A stretch of DNA of 64,000 nt from Burkholderiales bacterium (GTDB lineage: Bacteria > Pseudomonadota > Gammaproteobacteria > Burkholderiales > Usitatibacteraceae): contig JBBRTF010000005.1 of assembly GCA_038244725.1 (NCBI GenBank), forward strand, positions 6,336 through 70,335, given 5' to 3'. A model generated the notes under the pieces. That model worked only from the letters and a program-made list of their open reading frames with translations, did no database searches and was not told the DNA's origin. Positions 52,050 to 61,703 of this stretch are shown piece after piece (the first letter of the stretch is position 1; each line of letters starts with the position of its first letter). A program made the position numbers and the translations under genes.

Positions 52050-52805
52050 TCACAGGTGGGGCTTCACCAGCATCCATGCGCCGCTCGCCGTGTAGAAGAG
52101 CCCGAGCGTCATCACCGTCGAGCGCGTCCAGAAACGGAACGACGCGTCGTCCATGCGCTCGAGCACGCGCCGCGAGAGCGACGTGCCGGTGAAGGCGAGG
52201 AGCACCATCATCGCGGCGAGGTGCGGATGCACGTTGCCGCCTTCGACCGCGACGAATGCGCCGAAGTACGCGATCTTGAGGATATGCGACAGGCTCTGCG
52301 TGATCGCCTTGGTGGCGACGACCGCGTGGCGCGTCATCTTCGAGCGCACGAAGAACACGTCGAGGATGGGCCCGGAGACGCCGGCGGTGAGCGAGAGCGC
52401 GGAGCAGATGAGGCCGCACGCGAAGGAGTGCCCGCGGCGCTCGACGTTGAGGTGCAGCTTCTCGGGAAGGACGAGGGTCATGAAGGGGGTGAAGCCCATG
52501 ACGATGAGGGCGATGGGCTTGCCCACCACGATCTTCACCACGCCGAAGAAGGCCGTGGCCGCGAGGGCGCCGTAGAGATAGCCGCGGAAGACGCGCCAGT
52601 CGACGTCGCGCCTCCAGAGGAACGCGCGCCACCCGTTGGAGGCGAGCTGCGTGATCCCGTGCAGCATCATCGCCACCGGCAGCGGCAGCACGGCGAGGAG
52701 GATTCCCATGAGGATCATCCCGCCGGCCATCCCGAGGATTCCGGAGATGAAGGACGTGACGAGCGCGGAGACCGCTAGGAGCGCAAGGACGGCGGCGGAC
52801 GGCAT
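52050..52805 (-). CDS. TauE/SafE-family anion exporter
   Basis: 251 aa, about 7 TM. Motifs: FISGILGMAGGMILMGIL and SGPILDVFF. Confidence 0.75.
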   Translation of the reverse strand: MPSAAVLALLAVSALVTSFISGILGMAGGMILMGILLAVLPLPVAMMLHGITQLASNGWRAFLWRRDVDWRVFRGYLYGALAATAFFGVVKIVVGKPIALIVMGFTPFMTLVLPEKLHLNVERRGHSFACGLICSALSLTAGVSGPILDVFFVRSKMTRHAVVATKAITQSLSHILKIAYFGAFVAVEGGNVHPHLAAMMVLLAFTGTSLSRRVLERMDDASFRFWTRSTVMTLGLFYTASGAWMLVKPHL

Positions 52806-52829
52806 GGAAGCGCCTTACGGTACCACGTC

Positions 52830-53231
52830 CTATCGCTTGAATAGCCAGTACCCCTTGGCGATCGCGACGCCGAAAGCGAGCCCCATCGCGGCGGCGTAGC
52901 GGCGCGGCGCGTCCGCGACGGCGACCGAGAGCGCGAGCGAATAGAGGAGCGCGATCGCCATGAAGAGCGTCGCGCCGAGCAGCACGATGGCCGCGTCGAA
53001 TTCGTCGCCGGGCTCGAGCACCCCGGGGCCGCGCGCGAGCGCCGCGAACATCCGCGTGAGCTTCCACGGGTCCTCGTCGTAGACCACGGCGCTCGCGAAC
53101 TGCAGCAAAACGAAGGCGAAGGTGCCCGCGAGGAGACCCGCCTTCAGCGCCGCGGCGGCATCGGGACGGCGGCGCGCGAAAGCGTGCGGCTGAACGCCCA
53201 GCGTCTTGGTGTGGAGGTCGGCCTGCAGCAT
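52830..53231 (-). CDS. hypothetical membrane protein (3 TM)
   Basis: Start chosen at MLQADLHTK (ATG 53231). The hydrophobic segments include GLLAGTFAFVLLQFASAVV. No family recalled. Confidence 0.45.
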   Translation of the reverse strand: MLQADLHTKTLGVQPHAFARRRPDAAAALKAGLLAGTFAFVLLQFASAVVYDEDPWKLTRMFAALARGPGVLEPGDEFDAAIVLLGATLFMAIALLYSLALSVAVADAPRRYAAAMGLAFGVAIAKGYWLFKR

Positions 53232-53323
53232 GGCGAGGGCTGGTTGGAAGTCGACAAGGGTTCCATTGGAACCCTTCCATGCGGGCGATGGAATCGTCCG
53301 CCCCCGATCGCGGATGTAGGAGT

Positions 53324-54523
53324 TCACGCCGCCGAGGCGACGGCGCCTTCCTGCTCGAGCTTCGCGACCTCGGCGCTGGAATAGCCGAGCGCGCCGAGGA
53401 CCTCGCGGGTGTGCTCGCCGAGGAGCGGCGCCGCGCGCGTCACCGCCCCGGGCGTATCGGAGAACTTGATCGGCGTGCCGAGCGCCTTCATCCGCCCGGC
53501 GCTGGGGTGCTCGACTTCAATCACCATCTCGCGCGCCGCCACCTGGGGATCCACGAGCATGTCGCCGATCTTGTTGACCGGGCCCACGGGAACGCCCGCC
53601 GCCTCGAACTCGCCGATCCAGTGGGCCGAGGCGCGCGTGCGCAGGCGCGCGGCGATGAGCGGCGTGAGCGCCGCGAGATTCTTCATGCGATCGCCGTTGG
53701 TGCGGAAGCGCGCGTCCGCGGCGAGCTCGGGCATCTGGATCACCTTCACGATGCGCTCCCAGTTCGACTGGTTCGCGCCGCCCACGTTGATCCAGCCGTC
53801 GGCGGTGGGAAACGCCTGGTACGGCGCCGTGAGGATGTGCGCCGAGCCCGTGGGCCCGGAATTCTCCCCGGTGGCGAAGAAGATCGCCGATTGCCAGAAG
53901 GTCTGCTGGATCGCCGCTTCCATGAGCGAGGTCTCGACCATCTGGCCGCGTCCCGTGCTTGCGCGTGCGACGAGGGCGGAAACGATGCCCAGCGCAGCGA
54001 GGATGCCCGCGTTGATGTCGGCGATCGACGTGCCGCTCTTGGCGGGCGGACCGCCGGGTTCCCCGGTGATGCTCATGATCCCGGCGAAGCCCTGCGCGAT
54101 GAGATCGAAGCCGCCCTTGTCGGCGTAGGGGCCGGTGCGCCCGTAGCCCGAGATCGCGCAATAGATCAAGCGCGGATTCAACTTCTCCAGCACGTCATAT
54201 CCGAGCCCGAGTCTTTCGAGCGTGCCCTTGCGGTAATTCTCGGTGACCACGTCGGCGTCGGCGAGAAGCCGCTTCACCACCTCGAGGCCGCCCGGCTTCT
54301 TGAGATTCACCGCGATGCCGCGCTTGTTGCGGTTGAGGATCATGAACGCCGCCGATTCGCCGGCGACGCTGGGCTCGGTGTAGCTCCTCGTGTCGTCGCC
54401 GCCGGGAAGCTTCTCGACCTTGATCACGTCGGCGCCCATGTCGGCGAGCAGCATCCCGCAGGTGGGGCCGGCCATGATCTGCGCCAGCTCGATCACCTTG
54501 ATTGCCTTCAAGGCGCCTTTCAT
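53324..54523 (-). CDS. family III CoA-transferase (CaiB/BaiF)
   Basis: Starts at MKGALKAIKVIELAQIMAGPTCGMLLADMGADVIKVE. Motifs: ENYRKGTLERLGLGY and GGFDLIAQGFAGIMSITG. Confidence 0.85.
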   Translation of the reverse strand: MKGALKAIKVIELAQIMAGPTCGMLLADMGADVIKVEKLPGGDDTRSYTEPSVAGESAAFMILNRNKRGIAVNLKKPGGLEVVKRLLADADVVTENYRKGTLERLGLGYDVLEKLNPRLIYCAISGYGRTGPYADKGGFDLIAQGFAGIMSITGEPGGPPAKSGTSIADINAGILAALGIVSALVARASTGRGQMVETSLMEAAIQQTFWQSAIFFATGENSGPTGSAHILTAPYQAFPTADGWINVGGANQSNWERIVKVIQMPELAADARFRTNGDRMKNLAALTPLIAARLRTRASAHWIGEFEAAGVPVGPVNKIGDMLVDPQVAAREMVIEVEHPSAGRMKALGTPIKFSDTPGAVTRAAPLLGEHTREVLGALGYSSAEVAKLEQEGAVASAA

Positions 54524-54525
54524 CG

Positions 54526-55305
54526 CTACTTGCCCTTGAACTCGGGCTTGGCCTTGGCGAGGAAGGCCTTGTAGCCGATCTGGAAGTCCCCGGTCCCGAA
54601 GCAGGCGAATCCTTCGTCGTATTCCTCGCGCGTGAGCGCTCGGGGATCGCGCAGGCGGCGCGCGAACTTCTTGTGCCAGCGCGCCACCAGCGGCGCGCCG
54701 TCGGCGATGCGCTGCGCGGTGGCGAGCGCCTCCGCCTCGACCTCGGCGTCGGGCACGACGCGCGTGACGAGTCCCTTTTCCTTCGCCTCCTTCGCGTCGA
54801 AGACGCGCCCCTCGAGGAGGATCTCCAACGCGGTCGCTTCGCCCGCGAGCGCGATGAGCGAGCCGATCTCGGCGTATGCCATGACGAGGCCGAGCCTCGC
54901 GATCGGAACCCCGAAGCGGCTCGACTCGCCGCAGATGCGGATGTCGGCGAGCCCCGCGATCTCGAGCCCGCCGCCCACGCAGATGCCGTGGATCTGCGCG
55001 ACCACGGGATGGCGGCAGCCGGCGATCGCGTCGATGGTTCGGCGCATGTCCTCGCCGTAGGCGCGCGCCTGCCCGACGTTGGAGCGCTCCGTCTCGAATT
55101 CCGAGATGTCGTTGCCGGGCGCGAATGCCTTCGTGCCGGCGCCGCGGATCACGACGCAGCGCACCGAGTCGTCCGCGCCGAGCGTGGTGAACGCTTCCCC
55201 CAGGCGCTTCCACATGGGCCGCGTGAGGGCGTTCAGCTTCTGCGGGCGGTTCAACACCACGGTGGCGATGGCGCCGTCGCGCTCGACGAGGATCTCTTCG
55301 CTCAT
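54526..55305 (-). CDS. enoyl-CoA hydratase/isomerase (crotonase) family
   Basis: Motifs: IATVVLNRPQKLNAL, VVIRGAG.KAFAPGNDISEF, HGICVGGGLEIA. Confidence 0.85.
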   Translation of the reverse strand: MSEEILVERDGAIATVVLNRPQKLNALTRPMWKRLGEAFTTLGADDSVRCVVIRGAGTKAFAPGNDISEFETERSNVGQARAYGEDMRRTIDAIAGCRHPVVAQIHGICVGGGLEIAGLADIRICGESSRFGVPIARLGLVMAYAEIGSLIALAGEATALEILLEGRVFDAKEAKEKGLVTRVVPDAEVEAEALATAQRIADGAPLVARWHKKFARRLRDPRALTREEYDEGFACFGTGDFQIGYKAFLAKAKPEFKGK

Positions 55306-55309
55306 GGGC

Positions 55310-56593
55310 TCACTTGTAGAAGAAGTGGACCAGGCCCAGGCCGAACTCGGGCACGTAGGTCACCAGCAGCAGGATGGCGACCAGCACCGCGATGAAGTAG
55401 ATGTTCACGCGGCTCACCTGCCACACAGACGCCTTGGCGATGGAGCAGGCGACCATCAGCACCGAGGCCACCGGGGGCGTCTGCTGGCCGATCCCCAGGT
55501 TGATCGTGACGATGAGCCCGAAGTGGATCGGATCGATGCCCACCGATCGCACCAGCGGCATCACCACCGGCACGACGAGGATGATGGCCGCCGCCGAATG
55601 CAGGAACATGCCGAGCAGGAGGAAGAGCACGTTCAGCAGCGCGAGCACGAACCACTTGTTGCTGGTGAGCGCCATGATGCCCTGCGCGAGCTTCTGCGGC
55701 GCCTGGATCTCGGTGAGGAAGGTGCCCAGCAGCGCCGAGGCCGCCACCAGCAGCATCACCACCGCGGTCTGCACGCCGCCTTCGACCATCGCGGCGCGCA
55801 GGTGCGCCAGGTCGAGCTCGCGATACACGACGAGGCCGATGAAGAGCGCGGCGAGGACGGCGAGCGCCGCGCCCTCGGTGGCGGTGACGATGCCGCCGAA
55901 GATCGCGCCGAGGATGATGACCGGCAGCGTGAACGCCCAGAACGCCTCCTTGAACGTGCTGGCGACGCGCGTCCAGCTGAACTTCTCCTCGATGGGAAGG
56001 TTGTAGCGCACGGCGAACCAGTACGCCACGCCCATGAGCGAGATGCCGCCCAGGGCGCCCGGCACGATGCCCGCGACGAAGAGCTGCACGACCGAAGTTT
56101 CCGCCATCACCGCGTAGAGGATCATCGGGATCGACGGCGGGATGATGACGGCGAGGGTCGCCGCCGAGGACATGATCGCGGCGGCGAGCGGAGCGGGATA
56201 GCCTTTCGACTTCATGGCCGGGATCAGGATCGAGCCCAGCGCCGACACGTCGGCCACCGCCGAGCCGGAGATCTCGGCGAAGAACATCGAGGCGCCGATG
56301 CTCACCATCGCGAGGCCGCCGCGCACGAAGCCGAGGAGGGCGCTCGCGAAGGCGATGAGGCGCTGCGAGATTCCCGAGGCGTTCATGATCGCGCCGGCCA
56401 GGATGAAGAGCGGGATCGCGATGAGCGGAAAGTTGGTGGCGCCGTTGTAGAGGACGATGGGCAGGTTCGGGAGCACGTCCGCGCCCTGCATGTAGACCAT
56501 CGACACGACCGCCACGATGCCGAGGGCCGCGGCGATGGGCACGTCGATGAGGACGAGTGCCAGCACGCAGGCGAAGACGAGGACGATCGCCAT
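55310..56593 (-). CDS. dctM: TRAP transporter large permease
   Basis: 427 aa, polytopic; has the DctM-like N- and C-terminal pattern. The start overlaps the dctQ stop (ATGA). Confidence 0.85.
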   Translation of the reverse strand: MAIVLVFACVLALVLIDVPIAAALGIVAVVSMVYMQGADVLPNLPIVLYNGATNFPLIAIPLFILAGAIMNASGISQRLIAFASALLGFVRGGLAMVSIGASMFFAEISGSAVADVSALGSILIPAMKSKGYPAPLAAAIMSSAATLAVIIPPSIPMILYAVMAETSVVQLFVAGIVPGALGGISLMGVAYWFAVRYNLPIEEKFSWTRVASTFKEAFWAFTLPVIILGAIFGGIVTATEGAALAVLAALFIGLVVYRELDLAHLRAAMVEGGVQTAVVMLLVAASALLGTFLTEIQAPQKLAQGIMALTSNKWFVLALLNVLFLLLGMFLHSAAAIILVVPVVMPLVRSVGIDPIHFGLIVTINLGIGQQTPPVASVLMVACSIAKASVWQVSRVNIYFIAVLVAILLLVTYVPEFGLGLVHFFYK

Positions 56594-57099
56594 CAGTGCG
56601 AGGCCCCGCCGCTCGACCCGGGTCCGGCGAGCGCGTTGGCGAGGACCTTCGGCAGCGTGAGGAGCTCGGCCGCGACGATGAGGACCGCGCTGATGGGCAC
56701 CACCGACTGCACCCAGCTCACGCGAATGGCCGGCAGGCTCACCAGGTGGTCGGTGGCGAGGACGCCCAGCACCTCATAGCCCGTCCATCCCATGAGGAGG
56801 AAGAAGCCGATGGTGAGGACTTCGGCGATCACGCGCATCACGAGCTTCGCCTTCGGCGCGAGCAGCGCCATCAGCTCGGGGCAGCCGATGTGCGCGCGCT
56901 TCACCGAAGCGAGGGCCGAGCCGTAGAACGTGAGCCAGGCGAGCAGGATCGAGGCGACCTCGTCGTACCAGACGAGCGAATAGCCGAGCGTGCGGAAGAC
57001 CACGCCCGCCGTCACCTCCACCGCCATCACGCCCATGAGCGCGATGATGAGCCACTCGAGCGCGCGCTCGTAGCCGGCGCGCAGGCGTTCGAGCCCCAC
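56593..57099 (-). CDS. dctQ: TRAP transporter small permease
   Basis: 168 aa, 4 TM, positioned between dctP and dctM. Confidence 0.8.
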   Translation of the reverse strand: MGLERLRAGYERALEWLIIALMGVMAVEVTAGVVFRTLGYSLVWYDEVASILLAWLTFYGSALASVKRAHIGCPELMALLAPKAKLVMRVIAEVLTIGFFLLMGWTGYEVLGVLATDHLVSLPAIRVSWVQSVVPISAVLIVAAELLTLPKVLANALAGPGSSGGASH

Positions 57100-57102
57100 C
57101 GA

Positions 57103-58086
57103 TTACTTGCCGAGCGCGATGGCGCGATCGATGATTTCCTGCGATCCCGGGACTTCCCTCGCGAACTCGTCGTACACCGGCTTGGACGCGGCGATGAACG
57201 CGTCCTTGTTCGGGGTGTTCACCACCATCCCCGCCGCCTTGAGCTTGCCGAGGAGCTCGTCATCGTCCTTCTCCGCGGTCGAATAGACGAAGGCCTGCGT
57301 CTCCTTCGCGGTGTCCTCGAGGACCTTGCGCACGTCGGCGGGAAGCGTCGCCCACTTGCGCGATCCGGCCACGAGGTAGGCCGGCGTGTAGACGTGACCG
57401 GTGAGGGAGAGGTACTTCTGGACCTCCTGGAACTTCGCGCTGTAGATCTGCGTGAAGGGATTCTCCTGCCCGTCCATGACGCCCGTCTGCAGCGCGGTGA
57501 AGACCTCCGAGAACTTCATCGGCGAGGGGTTGGCGCCGTAGGCCTGGAACATCTTCACGCGCCATTTGCCCTCGGGCACGCGCAGCTTGATGCCCTGCAG
57601 GTCCGCCGGGACGTTGATCGGGCGCTTGTTGTTGGTGATGTGGCGATAGCCGTTCTCCCAGACGGCCAGGACCTTGAGGCCCTTCTTCTCGGCCTCCGGC
57701 GCGATCTTCGGCCAGAAGATCTCCTTTTCGATGCGGCCCATGTGCGCGCGGTCCTTCACGAGGTAGGGCATCTCGAAGACGCCGAAGAGGTCCGCCTCGG
57801 AGGACATCACGGTCGAGGGCACCGCCAGGTCGACGGTGCCGAGCTTCAGCTTCTGCAGCAGCTCCTTGTCGCCGCCCAGCTGGCTCGAGCCGAACACGAC
57901 CACCTTCGCCTTGTCCCCGAGCTTGGCGTTGGCGCGGCGCGCGAATTCCTCGGAGGATTTCGCGAAGAGCGATCCCGGCTCGCCCACGTGGCCGAGCTTG
58001 ATCTCGGTCTGCGAGAATGCCGTGGTGGCGAAAAGGGCGATGAGGGGCGCCGAGACGAGCGTCCAGATGCGGGATGGTCCTTGCAT
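57103..58086 (-). CDS. dctP: TRAP transporter substrate-binding protein
   Basis: Signal peptide. Motifs: IKLGHVGEPGS, ENGYRHITNNKRPI, GVMDGQENP. Confidence 0.85.
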   Translation of the reverse strand: MQGPSRIWTLVSAPLIALFATTAFSQTEIKLGHVGEPGSLFAKSSEEFARRANAKLGDKAKVVVFGSSQLGGDKELLQKLKLGTVDLAVPSTVMSSEADLFGVFEMPYLVKDRAHMGRIEKEIFWPKIAPEAEKKGLKVLAVWENGYRHITNNKRPINVPADLQGIKLRVPEGKWRVKMFQAYGANPSPMKFSEVFTALQTGVMDGQENPFTQIYSAKFQEVQKYLSLTGHVYTPAYLVAGSRKWATLPADVRKVLEDTAKETQAFVYSTAEKDDDELLGKLKAAGMVVNTPNKDAFIAASKPVYDEFAREVPGSQEIIDRAIALGK

Positions 58087-58160
58087 GGGAATTTCCTCCG
58101 GGTGTCGTTATGCAGCAAGTCTAAAACGCGCAGCGGCAAATGTGCGATTGACTTGGGTGA

Positions 58161-58187
58161 TTGACTTCCTACCTGGAAGGATACAAT
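58161..58187 (+). promoter_or_regulatory. candidate sigma70-type promoter for the MFS gene
   Basis: TTGACT (58161-66), a 15-nt spacer, then TACAAT (58182-87). The spacer is short. GATTGACTT occurs twice (58146-54, 58159-67). Confidence 0.3.
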
Positions 58188-58222
58188 CGAAGCTACTTCC
58201 AGCTCCCGCCGCGATTCGCCCC

Positions 58223-59443
58223 GTGTCCGTCGCCGCCCCTCCCGCCGCCAGCTTCCGAAGCGACGCCACCGTCATCTCCCTGGTGGGGTTCGCCCACGGC
58301 ACGTCGCACTTCTTCCACTTCCTCATCCCGCCGCTCTTCCCGTGGCTCATGCTCGAGTTCGGCCTCACCTTCACGCAGGTGGGCGCGATCATGTCGACGT
58401 TCTTCGTGGTCTCCGGCATTGGCCAGGCGCTGGCGGGATTCGCGGTCGACCGGTTCGGCGGGGTGCGCGTCCTTTGCGCGGGCGTGGGGCTCCTCGCCGT
58501 GGGCGGGCTCGCGTACGCGTCGGCGGCCAACTATCCGATGTTGCTCGCCGCGGCGGCGATCGCCGGCGTCGGCAACTGCGTCTTCCATCCCGCCGACTAC
58601 ACGATCATGAACCGGCGAGTCTCCACGCCGCGGCTGGGCCACGCCTTTTCCGTGCACGGGCTTTCGGGGACGCTCGGCTGGGCGGCGGCGCCGGTCTTCG
58701 TGACCGCGATCGCCGGGGCGAGGGGATGGCGCGCGGCGTGCGTGGGCGCGTCGCTCGTGGGGCTTGCCGCGCTCTTGTTCCTTCTCTCGCGCCGCGGCGA
58801 CCTCGACGACGCCGCGCGGCTGCAGCCGCACGAGGCTTCGAAGCACGCGGGCGGCTCGTTCGCGTTTCTCGGCGTGGGCGTGGTGTGGATGTGCTTCGCG
58901 TTCTTCCTCCTTTCGGTGATGGCGTTCGGCGTGCTGCAGAATTTCGCGCCGCCGCTCCTCGAGCGCACCTACGGCCTTTCCCTCGCGTTCGCGACTTCCG
59001 CGCTCACCGCCTACCTCCTGGGCAGCGCCGCGGGCACGGCCACCGGCGGCTTCTTCGCCGCGCGCGGCGAGCGCGAGGACCGGCGCGTCGCCGTATCGCT
59101 CTCGTTCGCGGCGCTTTGCGCGGTCGCGCTCGCCTCCGCGTGGGTCCCGGGCTGGAGCGTGGTCGCGCTCATGGCACTCATGGGATTCGGCGTCGGATTC
59201 ATCGGGCCGTCGCGCGACATGCTTGTGCGCCGCGCGGCCACCAGCACCTTCGGGACCGGGGCGTTCGGACGCGTCTACGGCTTCGTCTACTCGGGCATCG
59301 ACGCCGGGCTCGCGCTCGCCCCGCTCGCCTTCGGCCCCTTCATGGACGCGGGCCGCTACACGCTCGTCCTCTGGGGCGTGGCCGCCTTGCAGGTCCTTGC
59401 CGTCGGCACCGCGCTCGCCGTCGGCTCTCGCTCGCGAAAATAA
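58223..59443 (+). CDS. MFS transporter
   Basis: GTG start (VSVAAPPAASF). About 12 TM. Motif GFAVDRFGGVRVL (MFS loop 2-3 motif). Confidence 0.8.
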   Translation: MSVAAPPAASFRSDATVISLVGFAHGTSHFFHFLIPPLFPWLMLEFGLTFTQVGAIMSTFFVVSGIGQALAGFAVDRFGGVRVLCAGVGLLAVGGLAYASAANYPMLLAAAAIAGVGNCVFHPADYTIMNRRVSTPRLGHAFSVHGLSGTLGWAAAPVFVTAIAGARGWRAACVGASLVGLAALLFLLSRRGDLDDAARLQPHEASKHAGGSFAFLGVGVVWMCFAFFLLSVMAFGVLQNFAPPLLERTYGLSLAFATSALTAYLLGSAAGTATGGFFAARGEREDRRVAVSLSFAALCAVALASAWVPGWSVVALMALMGFGVGFIGPSRDMLVRRAATSTFGTGAFGRVYGFVYSGIDAGLALAPLAFGPFMDAGRYTLVLWGVAALQVLAVGTALAVGSRSRK

Positions 59444-59488
59444 GTCGTGTCAGGTACGACATAAAAAGTCGTACCTGACACGGCTTAT
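59440..59488. terminator. 21-bp hairpin (one T:G pair, 7-nt AT loop) between convergent genes
   Basis: AATAAGTCGTGTCAGGTACGAC-ataaaaa-GTCGTACCTGACACGGCTTAT. The MFS stop TAA (59441-43) pairs with the acyltransferase stop (59485-87). A TTTT tract follows on the minus strand. Confidence 0.6.
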
Positions 59489-60651
59489 CTTTGCAGGAAG
59501 CGCTGCTCGACGAAGCGCCACGAAGCCCAGGCGATCGCCGTGAGCGCCGCGAGGTAGAGCGGGAGCGACAGCCACCGCGGGATCGCGGCCGCGTAGGCGT
59601 TCCAGAGGAGCAGCAGCGGCAGGTGATAGAGGTAGGCCGAATAGCTGATGCGCCCCGCGAAGGCGAGCGGGCCGCGCGCGAGCGCTCGTTGCGCGAGCCC
59701 CGAGCGCGTCGTGACGGCCCAGAAGAGGAGCGCGGCGAGGCACACGGGCGCCACGATCCAGGTGAGCTCTCCCAGGAGGCGCCCGTCGAAAGCCATGAAT
59801 CGGTAAAGCACCGCGAGCGCGCAGGCGGCTGCGATGGCCACCATGGTCCGCTCGACGCGCTGCGGCTCGTGCGAGCGCGACCGCAGCCACGCGCGGCCGA
59901 GCACGATGCCGAGCGCGAAGTGCGCGAGATAGCTCGGCAGCTGGTGCAGGAGCAGGTAGCGAACGATCGACTCCGGCCAGCCCCAGTGCGACCCCAATGC
60001 CATTTCCGCGGCGACGAGGGCATCGAGCCCGCCCCGCACGCCGACGTGCCACAGGACGGCGAGTGCGATCGCCCCCGCGGTGGCCGCATGGGTCCAGCGC
60101 ACGAACAAGGGTGCCACGAGCGGAAGGAGCAGGTAGAACTGCGCCTCGACGGCAAGCGTCCAGAGCGCTCCGTTCACCTCCATCGAGCCGCTCGTGAGCG
60201 GGGTGGTGTTGTGGAGGAAGAGCGCGTGCATGACCGCGTTGAAGAGGTACACGTACAGGTCCGAACGCCAGTAGCGCGAGCCGGCGAGAAGCGGCAGCAC
60301 GATCGCGAAGAGCACCGCGAGCTGCACGTAGTAGGCGGGCACGATGCGCCGGATGCGCCGCACGTAGAAGCCGCGCGCCGACGGCGCGGGGATCGCGCGC
60401 CTCGCGTGCACGAACCATGGCAGCGCGAGGAGGAAGCCCGAGATGAGGAAGAAAAGGTCCACGCCGAGGTAGCCCGCGCCCACGACGGGCTCGAGCCAGC
60501 GCGAACCGGCGACGAGCTCCACCCAAGGGTCGCCCGCCTTGGCGCGCAGCGCGTACACATGGAACGCGATCACCCACGCGACCGCGATCCCGCGCAGCCC
60601 GTCCAGCGGCGCGATGCGGCCGACTTCCTCGCGGACGCTCTCGGCGGCCAT
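59485..60651 (-). CDS. acyltransferase family 3 (OafA-like) membrane protein
   Basis: Motifs: LDGLRGIAVAWVIAFH, GYLGVDLFFLISGFLL, YVRRIRRIVPAYY. About 10 TM. Confidence 0.85.
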   Translation of the reverse strand: MAAESVREEVGRIAPLDGLRGIAVAWVIAFHVYALRAKAGDPWVELVAGSRWLEPVVGAGYLGVDLFFLISGFLLALPWFVHARRAIPAPSARGFYVRRIRRIVPAYYVQLAVLFAIVLPLLAGSRYWRSDLYVYLFNAVMHALFLHNTTPLTSGSMEVNGALWTLAVEAQFYLLLPLVAPLFVRWTHAATAGAIALAVLWHVGVRGGLDALVAAEMALGSHWGWPESIVRYLLLHQLPSYLAHFALGIVLGRAWLRSRSHEPQRVERTMVAIAAACALAVLYRFMAFDGRLLGELTWIVAPVCLAALLFWAVTTRSGLAQRALARGPLAFAGRISYSAYLYHLPLLLLWNAYAAAIPRWLSLPLYLAALTAIAWASWRFVEQRFLQR

Positions 60652-61703
60652 CAGAAATCGGCGCGCCCGGCGTAACCGGTGAGCTCCAGGTAGCCGCGGC
60701 CGCGGGTGCCGTCATTGCCTTCGACGTTCACCGCGCCCTCCCAGTAGATATTCCCCGTGGACGCGCGCGCGTCCAACTCCTGGTCGTCCATGAGCGGCTC
60801 GACGCGCCATGACTTTCCCGCCGCCTCGATGTCCATGGCGACGGGATAGACCGTTCCCGTGCGCGGCGATTTCCATGAGCGGCGCGCCGCGAAGCGCACG
60901 GCATCGCGCCCGGAGAAGAGCGGCGGCGCGCCCGGCCTGCCCAGCGTGGCGCTCGCCCAGATCGGCGTTCCATCCTTCGCGCGAATGCGAAACGCCATCA
61001 ATGCGCCGCCGCCTTCGAGGTTGGCGCCGAGCCAATCCCAGCCGACCGCGTCCGCGGCAAGGAGGCGGCTCGACCACTCGTGGTCGAGCCATGCGCTGCC
61101 CTTCACCTCGAGCGTCTCGTCCGCGGAGCGCACGTGCCCTTCAACACGAAGCTGCGGCTCGCTGTAGTAGTAGCTCGCCTCGCCGGCGCCGGGACCCTTG
61201 CGGCTGAATCCGCGCTCGCCCTGCAGGAGCACGGGCTCGGTCGGCGTCATCGCGAGGTCGAGAGCGAAGCCGTCCGCATCGATGCGAGCGCGATACGCGT
61301 TGTCCTCGCGCGCGAGGCTCCAGTCGTCGATGCGAACGGCGGTGTCGAGCGCGCTCGCTTCCACCAGGCCCTTCAATCCACGCGCCGAGCGCTGGTCGTG
61401 AAGCAGGCGCCCGCGCGCGGGATCGGCGAGCGCCGCGTGCGCGAAGAAGAGCTGCGACGGGCTGAATCGGCTCGGGTTCGCCTCGGCGCCGGGATTGCGC
61501 ACGCGAAAGAAGGTGACCTGGAATCCCATGGGCCCGCGCTTCGTGTCGAGCTGGCCGGTCACGTACCACCACTCGATGCGATGGCCGGGATGGGCGCCCG
61601 CATCTCGGGGAAACCCGAGCGCGCGTCCCGGCGTGACCGGATCGAACGCGAACGCCTCGATCACGAAGAGCATGAGCGCGGCGATGAGCCGCTTCACGCT
61701 CAT
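60651..61703 (-). CDS. AttH/CrtC-like lipocalin-fold protein (hydroxyneurosporene-synthase-like domain)
   Basis: Start at MSVKRLIAALMLFVIEAFA (ATG 61703). Motifs: HPGHRIEWWYVTGQL, FQVTFFR, YYYSEPQLRVEG, GSAWLDHEWSS, YWEGAV. These are the last 350 codons of track ORF 60651..63095. Confidence 0.75.
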   Translation of the reverse strand: MSVKRLIAALMLFVIEAFAFDPVTPGRALGFPRDAGAHPGHRIEWWYVTGQLDTKRGPMGFQVTFFRVRNPGAEANPSRFSPSQLFFAHAALADPARGRLLHDQRSARGLKGLVEASALDTAVRIDDWSLAREDNAYRARIDADGFALDLAMTPTEPVLLQGERGFSRKGPGAGEASYYYSEPQLRVEGHVRSADETLEVKGSAWLDHEWSSRLLAADAVGWDWLGANLEGGGALMAFRIRAKDGTPIWASATLGRPGAPPLFSGRDAVRFAARRSWKSPRTGTVYPVAMDIEAAGKSWRVEPLMDDQELDARASTGNIYWEGAVNVEGNDGTRGRGYLELTGYAGRADF

